From an uncultured delta proteobacterium (GTDB lineage: Bacteria > Desulfobacterota > Syntrophobacteria > BM002): a DNA stretch of 64,000 nucleotides. The notes under the pieces are model-generated. The model was not told where the DNA came from. It searched no databases and saw only the letters and a list, made by a program, of their open reading frames with translations. Below, piece by piece: positions 32,021 to 42,160 of the stretch. The stretch is taken from the NCBI GenBank assembly GCA_963712115.1, contig CAVQGX010000018.1, positions 64,001 to 128,000 of the forward strand. Direction: 5' to 3'. The translations under genes and the position numbers were made by a program. Each line of letters opens with the position of its first letter. Position 1 is the first letter of the stretch.

Positions 32021-33370
32021 ATGATGAAGCAGGACAAAGAGAACAAAACCAGGGCAGACTTACTTGTCACCGCAGACTATGTTCTGACCTTCAACCAAAA
32101 AAAGGCTGTTGTGGAAAAGGGCGCTGTAGCCATTAAGGGAGATCGTATTGCGGCCATTGGAGAAATTTCGAGTGTTGAGGAAAAAATCGAAGCAAAAGAG
32201 GTTTTAGACGCAGCCGGGTGTCTAATTATGCCTGGACTTATAAATCTGCACACCCATGCGGCCATGACTTGCTTCAGGGGTTTAGCTGATGACCTGCCAC
32301 TTCAGGAGTGGCTCCATGAACATATTTTCCCTGCCGAGGCAGCTTATATCACCGAAGAGACAGTATACTGGGCTACCTCACTTGCTGCGGTGGAGATGAT
32401 CAAAAGTGGAACTACCACCTTTTGTGACGGTTACTTCTACGAGGACGGTGCTGCCAGGGCGGTAGCTACCAGCGGTATCCGGGCGATTGTCGGCCAGGGG
32501 GTGGTAGATTTTCCCGCCCCCGGAGTTCCCGACCCTCGGATAAACGTGAAAGCGGCTGAGGCTTTCGTCTTAAGATGGCAAAACAAGTTGCCACGCCTCA
32601 TTCCAAGTATTTTTTGCCATTCGGCCTACACCTGCTCACCTGAGACCTTGCTTGCAGCCAAGGCGATTTGTGCTGAGCATAAGACCCTTTTCCAAATTCA
32701 CCTGGCGGAAAATCAGGCCGAGTTGGAAGAAACGCAGCGGCGTTATGGAAAGCGGCCTGTGGAGCATCTTCTGACACTGGGGCTTCTTGATGCGGATACC
32801 CTCTGCCATCATGCGGTGAGGGTAAATGAGGAGGAGATAGAGTTGCTGGCCCAGAGCGGTGTGGGGATTTCACATAATCCCGAGAGCAATATGAAGCTGG
32901 CCTCAGGTGTAGCACCCCTGCCGAAAATGCTCACCGCAGGAGTAAAAGTCGGCTTGGGAACTGATGGCTGCGCCAGTAACAATGACTTGGACCTGTTTCA
33001 AGAAATGGACACGGCTGCAAAGCTTCACAAGGTCCACCAGGGTGATCCGTCACTGAGTTCGGCTGTCCAAATTGTCGAGATGGTGACTAAGGGTGGGGCT
33101 GCTGCTTTGGGGATGGCTGACATTCTTGGTTCACTAGAACCCGGAAAAAAAGCGGACCTGATTACCATCGACCTCAACCAGCCACATCTAACTCCAATGT
33201 ACGAGCCTTGTTCCCACCTGGTTTACGCGGCAAGAGGGGCTGATGTACGTGATGTGATTATTGACGGTCGAATGGTTATGCGCCAAAGGCAGCTTGTAGA
33301 TATTGATGAACAGGAAATCATGGCAAAGGTGAGGGAGATAGCGGATAATATTCGCGGAGGGCAGCCATGA
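32021..33370 (+). CDS. MTA/SAH deaminase-like amidohydrolase (paralog 2)
   Basis: NLHTH, IHLAE, HNPESNMKLASG, GTDGCASNN. Confidence 0.9.
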   Translation: MMKQDKENKTRADLLVTADYVLTFNQKKAVVEKGAVAIKGDRIAAIGEISSVEEKIEAKEVLDAAGCLIMPGLINLHTHAAMTCFRGLADDLPLQEWLHEHIFPAEAAYITEETVYWATSLAAVEMIKSGTTTFCDGYFYEDGAARAVATSGIRAIVGQGVVDFPAPGVPDPRINVKAAEAFVLRWQNKLPRLIPSIFCHSAYTCSPETLLAAKAICAEHKTLFQIHLAENQAELEETQRRYGKRPVEHLLTLGLLDADTLCHHAVRVNEEEIELLAQSGVGISHNPESNMKLASGVAPLPKMLTAGVKVGLGTDGCASNNDLDLFQEMDTAAKLHKVHQGDPSLSSAVQIVEMVTKGGAAALGMADILGSLEPGKKADLITIDLNQPHLTPMYEPCSHLVYAARGADVRDVIIDGRMVMRQRQLVDIDEQEIMAKVREIADNIRGGQP

Positions 33371-33571
33371 GTCAGAGGTCAGAAGTCGGAGGTCATCAGG
33401 CAGTGTCGTTATCCGTTATTAGTTATTTGTTATTCTGGAGATCTGTCAGCTATAAGCTGCCTTGACGATCTCAACGATTTGAACGACTTGGACGACATGC
33501 AACGATTTGACTAATTGACTAATTAACGCTATGCGCTCTGCGCCTTGCGCTATGCGACCCGGAGGATAGGC

Positions 33572-34507
33572 ATGCAAATTCTTATTTCTGGATCTTTGGC
33601 CTACGATCGAATAATGGATTTCCCTGGAAAGTTCTCTGACCACATCCTAGCCGATAAAATCCACATATTGAACGTTTGCTTCGTGGTTAATGGCTTAGCC
33701 GAGAAATTTGGCGGCACAGCGGGAAATATCGCTTATACTTTGGCTCTGTTGGGAGAACGGCCACTTATTCTGGCTACAGCCGGGAACGATTTTGGCAAAT
33801 ACGAAGACTGGATGCGGCAGCATGATCTTCCTCTAGAGGGAATTCGCCTCATTCCCGAGGAATTGACCGCTGGAGCTTACATCACCACTGATATGGCGGA
33901 CAACCAGATAACCGGGTTCAATCCCGGGGCAATGAAGTATCCTTCCCTCTATGAGGTCGACCATGCCAAGCTCCTGGATAAACTTGCCATCGTGGCTCCT
34001 GGGAATGTTGAAGACATGGTTAACTACAGCCTGAGTTACAAAGAACATAACATCCCCTATATCTTTGATCCGGGTCAGCAGATTACTTCCCTTTCGGCTG
34101 ATCAGTTGACTGAGATAGTTAGCGGCTCAAAGCTGCTTATTGCCAACGACTATGAGCTGGAGCTGATTATGCAGAAGACGGGCCTGACAAAGGACGAACT
34201 CCTTAAGAGGACTGAGGTGATAATTTCGACTCTCGGCGAAAATGGTTCGCTTATCATAACGGTTCAAGGTGAAACAAGAATTGGCGTGGCCAAACCCTCC
34301 AAGGTTCTGGATCCCACCGGGGCCGGCGACGCCTACCGAGCCGGCTTAATCAAGGGCTTGGTCCTGGGAGAAGAGATTTTTGCTGCCGCCCGCATGGGAG
34401 CCACTTGCGCTAGTTATGCGGTTGAATGCCAGGGCACTCAGGAGCATGCATTCACACAAGAGGAGTTTTGGAGCCGTTATAGGTCCAATTTTGCTCAAAG
34501 CGAATAG
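33572..34507 (+). CDS. PfkB-family (adenosine-kinase-like) kinase
   Basis: SGSLAYD, FGGTAGNIA, FDPGQQ, DPTGAGDAYRAG; SD GGAGG before the ATG at 33572. Confidence 0.92.
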   Translation: MQILISGSLAYDRIMDFPGKFSDHILADKIHILNVCFVVNGLAEKFGGTAGNIAYTLALLGERPLILATAGNDFGKYEDWMRQHDLPLEGIRLIPEELTAGAYITTDMADNQITGFNPGAMKYPSLYEVDHAKLLDKLAIVAPGNVEDMVNYSLSYKEHNIPYIFDPGQQITSLSADQLTEIVSGSKLLIANDYELELIMQKTGLTKDELLKRTEVIISTLGENGSLIITVQGETRIGVAKPSKVLDPTGAGDAYRAGLIKGLVLGEEIFAAARMGATCASYAVECQGTQEHAFTQEEFWSRYRSNFAQSE

Positions 34508-34570
34508 GAGTGTTTGACAATACCTGGGCTAGATCTTAGGTTTTGATCCTCTAATTGAAAAGAGGTTTTT

Positions 34571-35086
34571 ATGTTGAAAGCATTAGCTAGGATTTTGAAA
34601 GTGCTCAATTCTGAAACTGATCCCAGCCAGATAAGTTTGGCCTTTTGTCTGGCGTTAATTACCGGGTTCACTCCCCTTTGGAGTCTCCACAATCTGATTG
34701 TCGTTCTTTTGGCTCTTATCATTCGGGTCAATCTTTCAACTTTTATTGTAGGCACAGTCGTTCTATCCGGGGTGGCTTACCTTTTGGACCCAATTTTCAG
34801 CTGGATAGGGGTGATCGTCCTGACTGCCGGCCCTTTCGAGTCCCTTTGGACCGCCCTCTATAATATTCCCCTCTTTCGTTTAGCGAAATTCAACAACTCA
34901 ATCGTTATGGGAAGCCTGTTGGTTTCGCTGGCCCTCTTTTTACCCACTTTAATTTTGACGAACTTGGCCATAGGTCGCTACCGTGAGCACGTTCTGCAGT
35001 GGGTGCGGAAAAGTCGTGTTGTGGAAGCACTGACGGCTACCCGCTTCTACTCCCTCTACGAATCAGTATCGGGATGGGGGAGGTGA
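34571..35086 (+). CDS. TIGR03546-family membrane protein
   Basis: LNSETDPSQISLAF, FNNSIVMGS; paired with the following gene. Confidence 0.8.
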   Translation: MLKALARILKVLNSETDPSQISLAFCLALITGFTPLWSLHNLIVVLLALIIRVNLSTFIVGTVVLSGVAYLLDPIFSWIGVIVLTAGPFESLWTALYNIPLFRLAKFNNSIVMGSLLVSLALFLPTLILTNLAIGRYREHVLQWVRKSRVVEALTATRFYSLYESVSGWGR

Positions 35087-35089
35087 GCC

Positions 35090-37810
35090 ATGAGGAGATG
35101 GATCCGCTGGCAGGGGCTTGTCGCTTTCATCGTTGTTGTTGTGAGCATTTCTCTTCTGTGGTTTGTCTTTGCTGATATGGCAGCAGAGAAGATTATCGAG
35201 GGTGCAGGCACGCGAATTGTCGGCGCAAAAGTGGAGTTGGATGAGGCGGATGTCCAGCTTTTTCCCTTAGGTATCACTCTCAGAGGATTGCAGGTTACCA
35301 ACCCACACGAGCCGATGAGCAATGCTGTTGAAATCGCCCGCATTGCCGGCCTCTTTGACTCCATTGAATTGCTCCGCCGCAAGGCGATCATCGAAGAGAT
35401 GAGCATGGAAGGCGTGCGGTTTAACACGGTTCGCAAGAGTTCCGGGGCTATAAGAGGCCGCAGCACAGCGGAGAAGTCAGAAAAGATATCCCTGAAAAGA
35501 ATACTGGGTACCGACCTGCCATCATTCGTTCTGCCCAAAGCAGAGGAAATCCTGGCGAAGGAACAGCTGCAATCTGTAGAGCTGGCAAAAGCGCTCCAGG
35601 CAGAAATAAAAGGTGAACAAGAAAAGTGGACAAAGGAGCTTGCCGAACTTCCAGGTGAAGAGAGAATAAAAGAGTACGAGGATAGGATAGAAAAGCTCAA
35701 AGAGATGAGAAAAGGCGGGCCCGAGGCCATTTTGAGCGCTGCAGCCGAGTTCAAAAAACTCAAAGAAGATATAGAATTTGACCTGAATAAATTGAAAAAG
35801 GCGGAGCAGGATTTTAACTCAACCATGAATTTATTTAAGGAGCGGCTGGCTCAGGCACAGCGTGCTCCCGTTGATGATGCTAAACGCTTAGCGTCCAAAT
35901 ATAGTCTTGATTCTAAGGGCCTGGCAAACCTGACTCGCCTACTCTTTGGACCGCGGATCGCCACCTGGCTGGAGCGGGGGCTTAGTTGGCATCAGCGACT
36001 TGAGCCTTTGTATGAGAGGGTCAAGAAAGAGCATGGTGGTGATGCTGAAGTGGTCAAACCCTTACGTGGTAAAGGACTTGAGGTTCGCTTTAGAGAGTAC
36101 AAACCCCTGCCCGATTTTCTTATCCGTAAAGTCAAGGCCTCAGTGTCTACCCAAGGGGGAGACATGGAGGGCAGGATTGAAAATATAACCCCTGACCAGG
36201 ATATCCTGGGAAAACCGCTTACCTTTTTGTTCTCAGGGGTAAAGCTAAGTCTTCTGCAGTCGTTCCGGGTGGATGGAACGCTTGATCATGTGTCTCGACT
36301 CACAGCCAGCGACAGGATCAATCTGAAATTGCGAGGCTATCAAGCTCAGCAACTGACCCTCACCGAAAGCGGTGCTTTCTCCGTGAAGCTGGCAAAAGGG
36401 CTTGCAGACCTTGACCTGAGTTCGATCGTTAGCAACGGTGCCATTGATGCCGATTTTTCCGCGGCCCTGAAATCAGCGAAACTGGAGGTTAATACCCCGG
36501 GAGAATCAGGCCCAGTGGTCAGAGCAATCAGCTCAGCCCTGGCGGGTGTGTCCAGCTTTTCTTTAGACGCTGAGGTGAGTGGAAACCTTGATGATTACAC
36601 GATGAAGCTCTCCTCTGACCTAGACAGGATATTGAAGGCCAGTGTAAGTGCACAGCTCGAAAGCCAGATTGCCAAGTTAGAACAAGAGCTGAGGGCAGAT
36701 ATTTCTGAAAGATTGAGTGGTCCAATTGAGCAAGCGAAACGCAGCCTTGGAGATTTTGCCCCCCTTGGTGATGAACTGGAAAAACGACTTCAAGATTTCA
36801 TCTCACTGCAAAAGGAGGCCCTTTTTAAGACAACCATCAGGCGGCCTGCCAATGCCATGATAACCATTGGCTTTTCATCCCACCACGTCGAAGCACTACC
36901 GTTTATTCACCGCCAGATGGAGGGACACCAGGTTATCGTCCTCGAAGAGCCTCCTTCTCCCAACTTCCCCGGAATGTTAAAGGGCACCATTTCCATCGAT
37001 AATTACATAATGGAACTTGATTCTGGTTTCCCGGAGTTCGGCCGTCAAATGTGCCTTCTGCTGAGGGAACTTCACCGAGGAGGAAAACTCATTATCCAGG
37101 TGGAGCCTTATCTTGAAAGGCTTTTGCAGATTCATGAGCTTTTGGCATCCGGAAAGACCGCGGAGGAAATAAGCCGGAGGCCTGAATTCTGGGAAGTCTA
37201 TGAGGCTGAAAAAAGGGCAACTGGTGCCCTTATTTCCTACTATTCAGTTAGCACAGCTGGCGCTTTTTCAGCTGTGGTGGAAGCGGTCAAGGTCTTCGCC
37301 CGGGCGGATGCTCTTCGTCTCACCTTGAGAGAGCGGTTACGGGCAAAGGCTATCGGTTCCCTGTACAGGCCAGGCGAGACTATGTATGTGGAGGCCGGTT
37401 ACATACACTACCCTATCTACCGCTACTTGCGCCAAGAGATCGGCAAGGGGCCAGAGATCAAGGTAGTCTACCTTCTGGCCCCAGTGATTAAGAAGCTAAA
37501 GGGAAAAAGGCGCAATATGGGACCTGGAGATATTCTGACGCTCCACTACGTTTTCCATAACAATGTCAAAGAAGAGACGGCAGATCTTCTTGCTGCCCGC
37601 AGTCTGATTTACATAAAATTGATTGAAAAGGAGGAACTTCTTCCAGGAAAGTCCGGAGCCCCTCATATTGAGGATGAGATCGAGGTCAACAGGCTGGTGG
37701 ATCGACTGGATTTCAATCAGTGTGGGGAGCTTTTCCAGCGAATCCGTTTGTCAAAGCGGCAACAGGCAGTTGAAATGGCCCAGGAGTATATGAAAAAAAC
37801 TAGGCACTAA
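35090..37810 (+). CDS. TIGR03545-family protein (first ~580 aa) in frame with a second hypothetical protein (from ~36857)
   Basis: RWIRWQGL N-terminal anchor, GAKVEL, PDFLIRK; C-terminal part begins MITIGFSSHH and looks like a separate protein. Confidence 0.7.
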   Translation: MRRWIRWQGLVAFIVVVVSISLLWFVFADMAAEKIIEGAGTRIVGAKVELDEADVQLFPLGITLRGLQVTNPHEPMSNAVEIARIAGLFDSIELLRRKAIIEEMSMEGVRFNTVRKSSGAIRGRSTAEKSEKISLKRILGTDLPSFVLPKAEEILAKEQLQSVELAKALQAEIKGEQEKWTKELAELPGEERIKEYEDRIEKLKEMRKGGPEAILSAAAEFKKLKEDIEFDLNKLKKAEQDFNSTMNLFKERLAQAQRAPVDDAKRLASKYSLDSKGLANLTRLLFGPRIATWLERGLSWHQRLEPLYERVKKEHGGDAEVVKPLRGKGLEVRFREYKPLPDFLIRKVKASVSTQGGDMEGRIENITPDQDILGKPLTFLFSGVKLSLLQSFRVDGTLDHVSRLTASDRINLKLRGYQAQQLTLTESGAFSVKLAKGLADLDLSSIVSNGAIDADFSAALKSAKLEVNTPGESGPVVRAISSALAGVSSFSLDAEVSGNLDDYTMKLSSDLDRILKASVSAQLESQIAKLEQELRADISERLSGPIEQAKRSLGDFAPLGDELEKRLQDFISLQKEALFKTTIRRPANAMITIGFSSHHVEALPFIHRQMEGHQVIVLEEPPSPNFPGMLKGTISIDNYIMELDSGFPEFGRQMCLLLRELHRGGKLIIQVEPYLERLLQIHELLASGKTAEEISRRPEFWEVYEAEKRATGALISYYSVSTAGAFSAVVEAVKVFARADALRLTLRERLRAKAIGSLYRPGETMYVEAGYIHYPIYRYLRQEIGKGPEIKVVYLLAPVIKKLKGKRRNMGPGDILTLHYVFHNNVKEETADLLAARSLIYIKLIEKEELLPGKSGAPHIEDEIEVNRLVDRLDFNQCGELFQRIRLSKRQQAVEMAQEYMKKTRH

Positions 37811-37904
37811 GCACTAGACACTAGGCACCGAGGATGGCATTATGGGCTTCTCTCGTCTCGCTCGTCTCGCCCGCCCTCCCTTCTCGCAGTCTTACATTTT
37901 CCAA

Positions 37905-37932
37905 TTGACAGACACGAACTCTGTGGTAAAGT
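37905..37932 (+). promoter_or_regulatory. Sigma70-type promoter
   Basis: TTGACA-16 nt-TAAAGT with an extended TG. Confidence 0.55.
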
Positions 37933-37934
37933 AG

Positions 37935-38019
37935 CCGGTGAGTGGAGTTTCTATGCTCCACTCGGTGCCCCTCGCCCCCACCAGCCATCCGCGCTCGGTT
38001 TGGTGGGGGCATTTTTTTT
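37935..38019 (+). ncRNA. Candidate small RNA ending in an intrinsic terminator
   Basis: Hairpin GAGTGGAG/CTCCACTC, C-rich linker, then GCCCCCACCA/TGGTGGGGGC stem followed by a T tract. Confidence 0.45.
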
Positions 38020-38020
38020 A

Positions 38021-38212
38021 CTATTCAGCGCTCGAGTAGGTTCGCGTCCTCTCCAAACCGGGAATAACATAGTAAACCGGATCTCCTCTCCACAGCGAGA
38101 AGTAAGGTAGTCCGTCCTGATACCTCTCCAGGTCCTTGCATGAGTCAGCACATTGGTTTTTGCTCTCCTCAACGCGTTCGCATTCCAGGCAAGGGCTTCT
38201 GTCTTCTTCCAT
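38021..38212 (-). CDS. Small Cys-rich protein (CxxC...C...C)
   Basis: 63 aa; SD GGGGAGG; upstream sigma54 promoter. Confidence 0.7.
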   Translation of the reverse strand: MEEDRSPCLECERVEESKNQCADSCKDLERYQDGLPYFSLWRGDPVYYVIPGLERTRTYSSAE

Positions 38213-38278
38213 GATCCACCTCCCCGATGCAAAACGTCCAATTCAATTTGAAGCAAAAACAAATTTTTAACTTTGTCA

Positions 38279-38294
38279 TGCAGGGGAAGTGCCA
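38279..38294 (-). promoter_or_regulatory. Sigma54 promoter (-24/-12)
   Basis: Minus strand TGGCACTTCCCCTGCA (GG-N10-GC); TGGC/GCCA inverted motifs at ~38370-38410 as possible UAS. Confidence 0.65.
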
Positions 38295-38488
38295 AAAAAT
38301 CCATAAATACAAAAAAATTTGTAAATTCAGTGCATTATTCTCAGGCAGATCTACTAGGGTGCTCTCTTTGCTTGCCAAAACTGGCCATAAGGCCAAAAAA
38401 CACTTTGGCAAAAGACCAAATAGCTAGCTTCCAGTGATTTCCTAGCCAAACGAGCCAAGAAATTTTGGGATAAATGTATTTCTATCCC

Positions 38489-38517
38489 CTGGATTCCCGC
38501 TTTCGCGGGAATGACGC
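38489..38517. repeat. REP-like palindrome ATTCCC-N8-GGGAAT
   Basis: CTGGATTCCCGCTTTCGCGGGAATGAC; related GTCATCCCC...GGGGAT copy ~20 bp downstream. Confidence 0.7.
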
Positions 38518-38832
38518 CATTATAGTCTAGCCCGTCATCCCCATGCAGGCGGGGATATGGGTAGTGGCAAGACATCATAAGCAAAGTTATTGAGGATAAA
38601 CATCCATAACATGATCCTGTGATTAGTTTCTTTGTCAGTTCAAGAGGACAATATTTAGTCACAAATGACAAAATGTGGCGGTGATGGCATCAAAATATAG
38701 TGACACCATAAATGGCGTGTACTATTGACTTTTCACCTTTTGATGATCAATATAACTGTGGTTTACAGGGATGTATTGGTTTATACTTTTATGACTACAC
38801 GACTCTGCAAGTAGTATGTGTAGAGATAAATA

Positions 38833-41107
38833 GTGCAGAAGCTGTCAATTGTTTTTAAAGAGCTAAGGATTTGTGAGATGAAGCGATATTTTGAACGTTG
38901 GCTTGCTTTTTTTTTGAGCTGTATAGCTTTGCATATTTTGATGTATACAAGTGTTTTTGCGGGAGTTACTAACACCTGGCCCGGGGCTGAAGGCGGAACC
39001 GTCCAGGCCTTAGCAATTGATCCAAGTGTCAATACGACACTTTACGCCGGCACCAAATTTGGCGGGGTGTACAAGAGCACGACCAGCGCCGCTAGCTGGA
39101 CTGCCGTCAACAATGGTTTGACCAATTTCAATGTCCAAGCCCTGGCTATCAACCCTAACCCACCGAGTACTCTCTATGCTGGTACAGCCGGTGGCGGGGT
39201 GTTCAAGAGCACTGATAGTGGCGCCACCTGGAAGTTGCTGACGATAGCACCGGTGACTTGACCGAACTCAATGTACAGGCTCTGGCTATTCGATACCCTC
39301 TGACCCCGTCTACGCTTTACGCCGGGACTGGCGGTGGTGGGGTGTTCACGAGTACTAATAGTGGTGGCACTTGGACAGCTGTAAACAGCTGGTTTGACCA
39401 ACATCTCAATGTACAGGCTCTGGCTATTGATCCTCGACCCCATCTACCCTTTACGCCGGGACTGGCGGTGGTGGGGTGTTCACCAGTACTAATAGTGGTG
39501 GCACTTGGACAGCTGTTAACGGGGTAGCTCCTAATGACCTGACCGATCTCAATGTACAGGCTCTGGCTATTAACCCTCCGAGACAGCATACTACCCTTTA
39601 CGCCGGGACTGGCGGTGGTGGGGTGTTCACCAGCACTAATAGTGGTGGCAGCTTGGACAGCTGTTAACGGGTTAGCTCCTAATGACCTGACCGATCTCAA
39701 TGTACAGGCTCTGGCTATTAACCCCCAGACCCCGACTAGTACTTTACGCCGGTACTAACGGTGGTGGGGTATTCAGATCTCAGGATGGCGGTAGCACCTG
39801 GGCACTTAGGAGCGCCGGCTTACCAGGGATATCTATAAGTGTTCCTGTGGATGTGAGAGCACTTGTTAATTGATCCCGATTTCCCAACTACGCTTTACGC
39901 TGGATTGGATTCAGGCGGAGTTTACAAAACCTCGAATAGTGCAACCAATTGGTCTTCGAGCAACACCGGTCTTACCGCTTCGAGAACGCAAGCTCTGGTC
40001 GTCAATCCAGCCTCTACAAATACAATTTATGTGGGAACGGATTCCAGAGGAGTATTCAGGAGTACTAATGGAGGTCAGGATTTCTCTCCCAGAAATCAGG
40101 GCATGCAAAATGACAACGTACAAGCCCTTAGCCATTGATTTTGGCAGCCCCAACATCCTTTATGCTGGCACGAGAGCAAGAGGAGTGTTGCAGAGTACAA
40201 ATGGTGGCAATACCTGGAGTACGGTTAACATCAGCGCCTATGCCCACCAATGCTAACGTTCAGGCCATCGCCATTGAGCCTAATGACAGCGTACCGATTT
40301 ATGCTGGTACAAATGGTGATGGAGTGTTTAAAAGCCCGGCGAGCACACCCCCTAATTGGTCTGATATCAGTGACGGCAACCTGACTAACACTTCCAATGT
40401 ACAGGCTTTGGCCATAGATCCGAGCTCTACAAATACGTTTACGCTGGCACTCAAAGTGGCGGGGTCTTCAAAAGCGAAGATGCTGGTGACAGTTGGATCC
40501 CAAAGGATCAACGCGGCTTGGGGCCAATTTGAATGTTCAGGCCCTTGCCATTGATCCTGATATCACCGGGACTATTTATGCAGGCACAAATGGGGGTGGG
40601 GTATTCAAGAGTACGGATGGCGGAACTAGTTGGTCTGACAGCAATGACGCCAACCTGACCAACACTTCTAATGTGCAGACTCTTGCCATCGATTCTGTCG
40701 ACACCGATATCATTTATGCCGGCACGGACGCGGCAGTCTTATTCATAAGCACTGATGGCGGTGCTAACTGGTCTGCTATTGGTGGCTCCATTTCCGGCGC
40801 CAATGTTCTGTCGCTGGCCGTAGATCCTGACACCACTACCACACTTTATGCGGGCACTGCGGGTGAAGGGTTTTTCAAGCTCACTGAGAGGGGAGAACCC
40901 AGCGGCAGTGGCGGCGGCGGTGGTGGGGGTTGTTTTATTGAATCAGCGGCCTATGGTTCTCCTATGAGCCGACAGGTTCAACTGGGTCACCTGGTGGCCA
41001 CTATTCTTATTATTTTCGTTTCTATTATGATTATGACTATTGCTTTGTTGTATCTCTTGAGAAGACTGCAATTGTGTGGGCTTGTTTTTGAAGAGAAGAA
41101 GCCATAA
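38833..41107 (+). pseudogene. BNR/beta-propeller repeat surface protein with CFI-box-CTERM tail, multiply frameshifted
   Basis: Repeated NVQALAIDP...TLYAGTxGGGVFKST across ORFs 38833-41107 in changing frames; ends GGGGGGGCFIESAAYGSPM plus a TM helix. May reflect sequencing indels. Confidence 0.8.
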
Positions 41108-41297
41108 CCCGGATATTTCATGAATTGTCGTCGGGAGACCGTGAAGATGGACGGGCCACCGGGCAACCGCCCGCAGTACCGCGAGATTGGACCCGAGGCG
41201 TACTTGAATAGTACGTCGCAGGGTCCGACAACCGAGGACGCCCGGAAGGACGGTCATATCCACGGGCGCAGCAGGCGATTCATGAAATATCCGGGTG
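41105..41297 (-). mobile_element. MITE, second full copy
   Basis: ACCCGGATATTTCATGAAT...ATTCATGAAATATCCGGGT; reverse complement aligns along its length with 20501-20697. Confidence 0.8.
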
Positions 41298-41311
41298 AAA
41301 GGAGGGTTCCC

Positions 41312-41887
41312 ATGGAATGTCCATTTTGCGGCGAAAGTAACACCGGAGTTATCGACTCCCGGCCAACTAAAGATAACAGCTCCATTCGGCGGCGTCGCCA
41401 ATGTCTGGCCTGTGCCGGCAGATTCACCACTTATGAAGCCACTCCCAACCAGTTGATGCTCCTCTTGATGAAAACCCACGGGGGCAAGGGTGGGAGCATA
41501 AAGAGTTCCGATGCAGTGCTGTCATTTATGTCAGAAGCCCTGAAGGGCTTGTCTGTAGAGTGCGAGAGACTCATCGGGGGGGTGGCCAAGTTCGAGCCAG
41601 CCAAGAGGGTTGAAAGAAAGACTAGGGCCAAAGCCAAAAAAAAGGCTCCGGTCAAAAAGAAGGTTCCGGCCAAAAAAACTGTTGCCCCCAGGCGGAAAAG
41701 GGCCAAGAAACTGAGTGACACAGACAAGGTACTGCGGGTAATAAGAGGTCACAAAAAGGGCGTAGATATCCCCAAATTAAAGAAAAAGACGGGTTTCGCC
41801 GACAACAAGGTTAGAGCAATCGTCTACAGGGCGAGTAAAGAAGGAAAAATCAAGAGGCTAGGCAGAGGGGTTTATGGCTCCAATTAG
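41312..41887 (+). CDS. NrdR-type zinc ribbon fused to a Lys-rich linker and winged-helix domain
   Basis: [32 protein letters not shown]; no ATP-cone; C-terminal DKVLRVIR...KKTGF...[20 protein letters not shown]; the ORF-track upstream extension lies in the MITE. Confidence 0.8.
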   Translation: MECPFCGESNTGVIDSRPTKDNSSIRRRRQCLACAGRFTTYEATPNQLMLLLMKTHGGKGGSIKSSDAVLSFMSEALKGLSVECERLIGGVAKFEPAKRVERKTRAKAKKKAPVKKKVPAKKTVAPRRKRAKKLSDTDKVLRVIRGHKKGVDIPKLKKKTGFADNKVRAIVYRASKEGKIKRLGRGVYGSN

Positions 41888-42160
41888 GGGCATATTATTG
41901 CACCTAAACTGATCTGAACTGGTAATTAGAAGGTTGAAATCCCAAATCCCAAGCACGAAATTCCAAACAAATTCAAATTACCAAAGCACAAAATGCTAAA
42001 CCAAAAGAACGCGCTAGCGAATAGCATTGGATAGCATGTGAGCGAGTCTAGTTTTGAACATTTGATATTTGAAATTTGGATTTGTTTCGGATTTAGATAT
42101 TCGATATTAGGATTTGCTGGAGACAAATTTGCTGTTTGTTGTTTCCCTTAGAAGATAATC

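Noticed and set aside
35056-35826. 256-aa minus-strand ORF and similar long antisense ORFs
   Set aside because: Ser/Phe-rich shadows of real plus-strand genes.
37935-38019. Possible tRNA
   Set aside because: No cloverleaf, no TTCG T-loop and no CCA end; treated as an sRNA/terminator instead.
39260-39770. Regularly spaced near-identical repeats resembling a CRISPR array
   Set aside because: They encode BNR/propeller protein repeats; the intervening segments are homologous rather than unique, and no cas genes are present.
41120-41311. N-terminal 64-aa extension of the NrdR-like ORF
   Set aside because: Lies within the MITE; a strong SD precedes the ATG at 41312.
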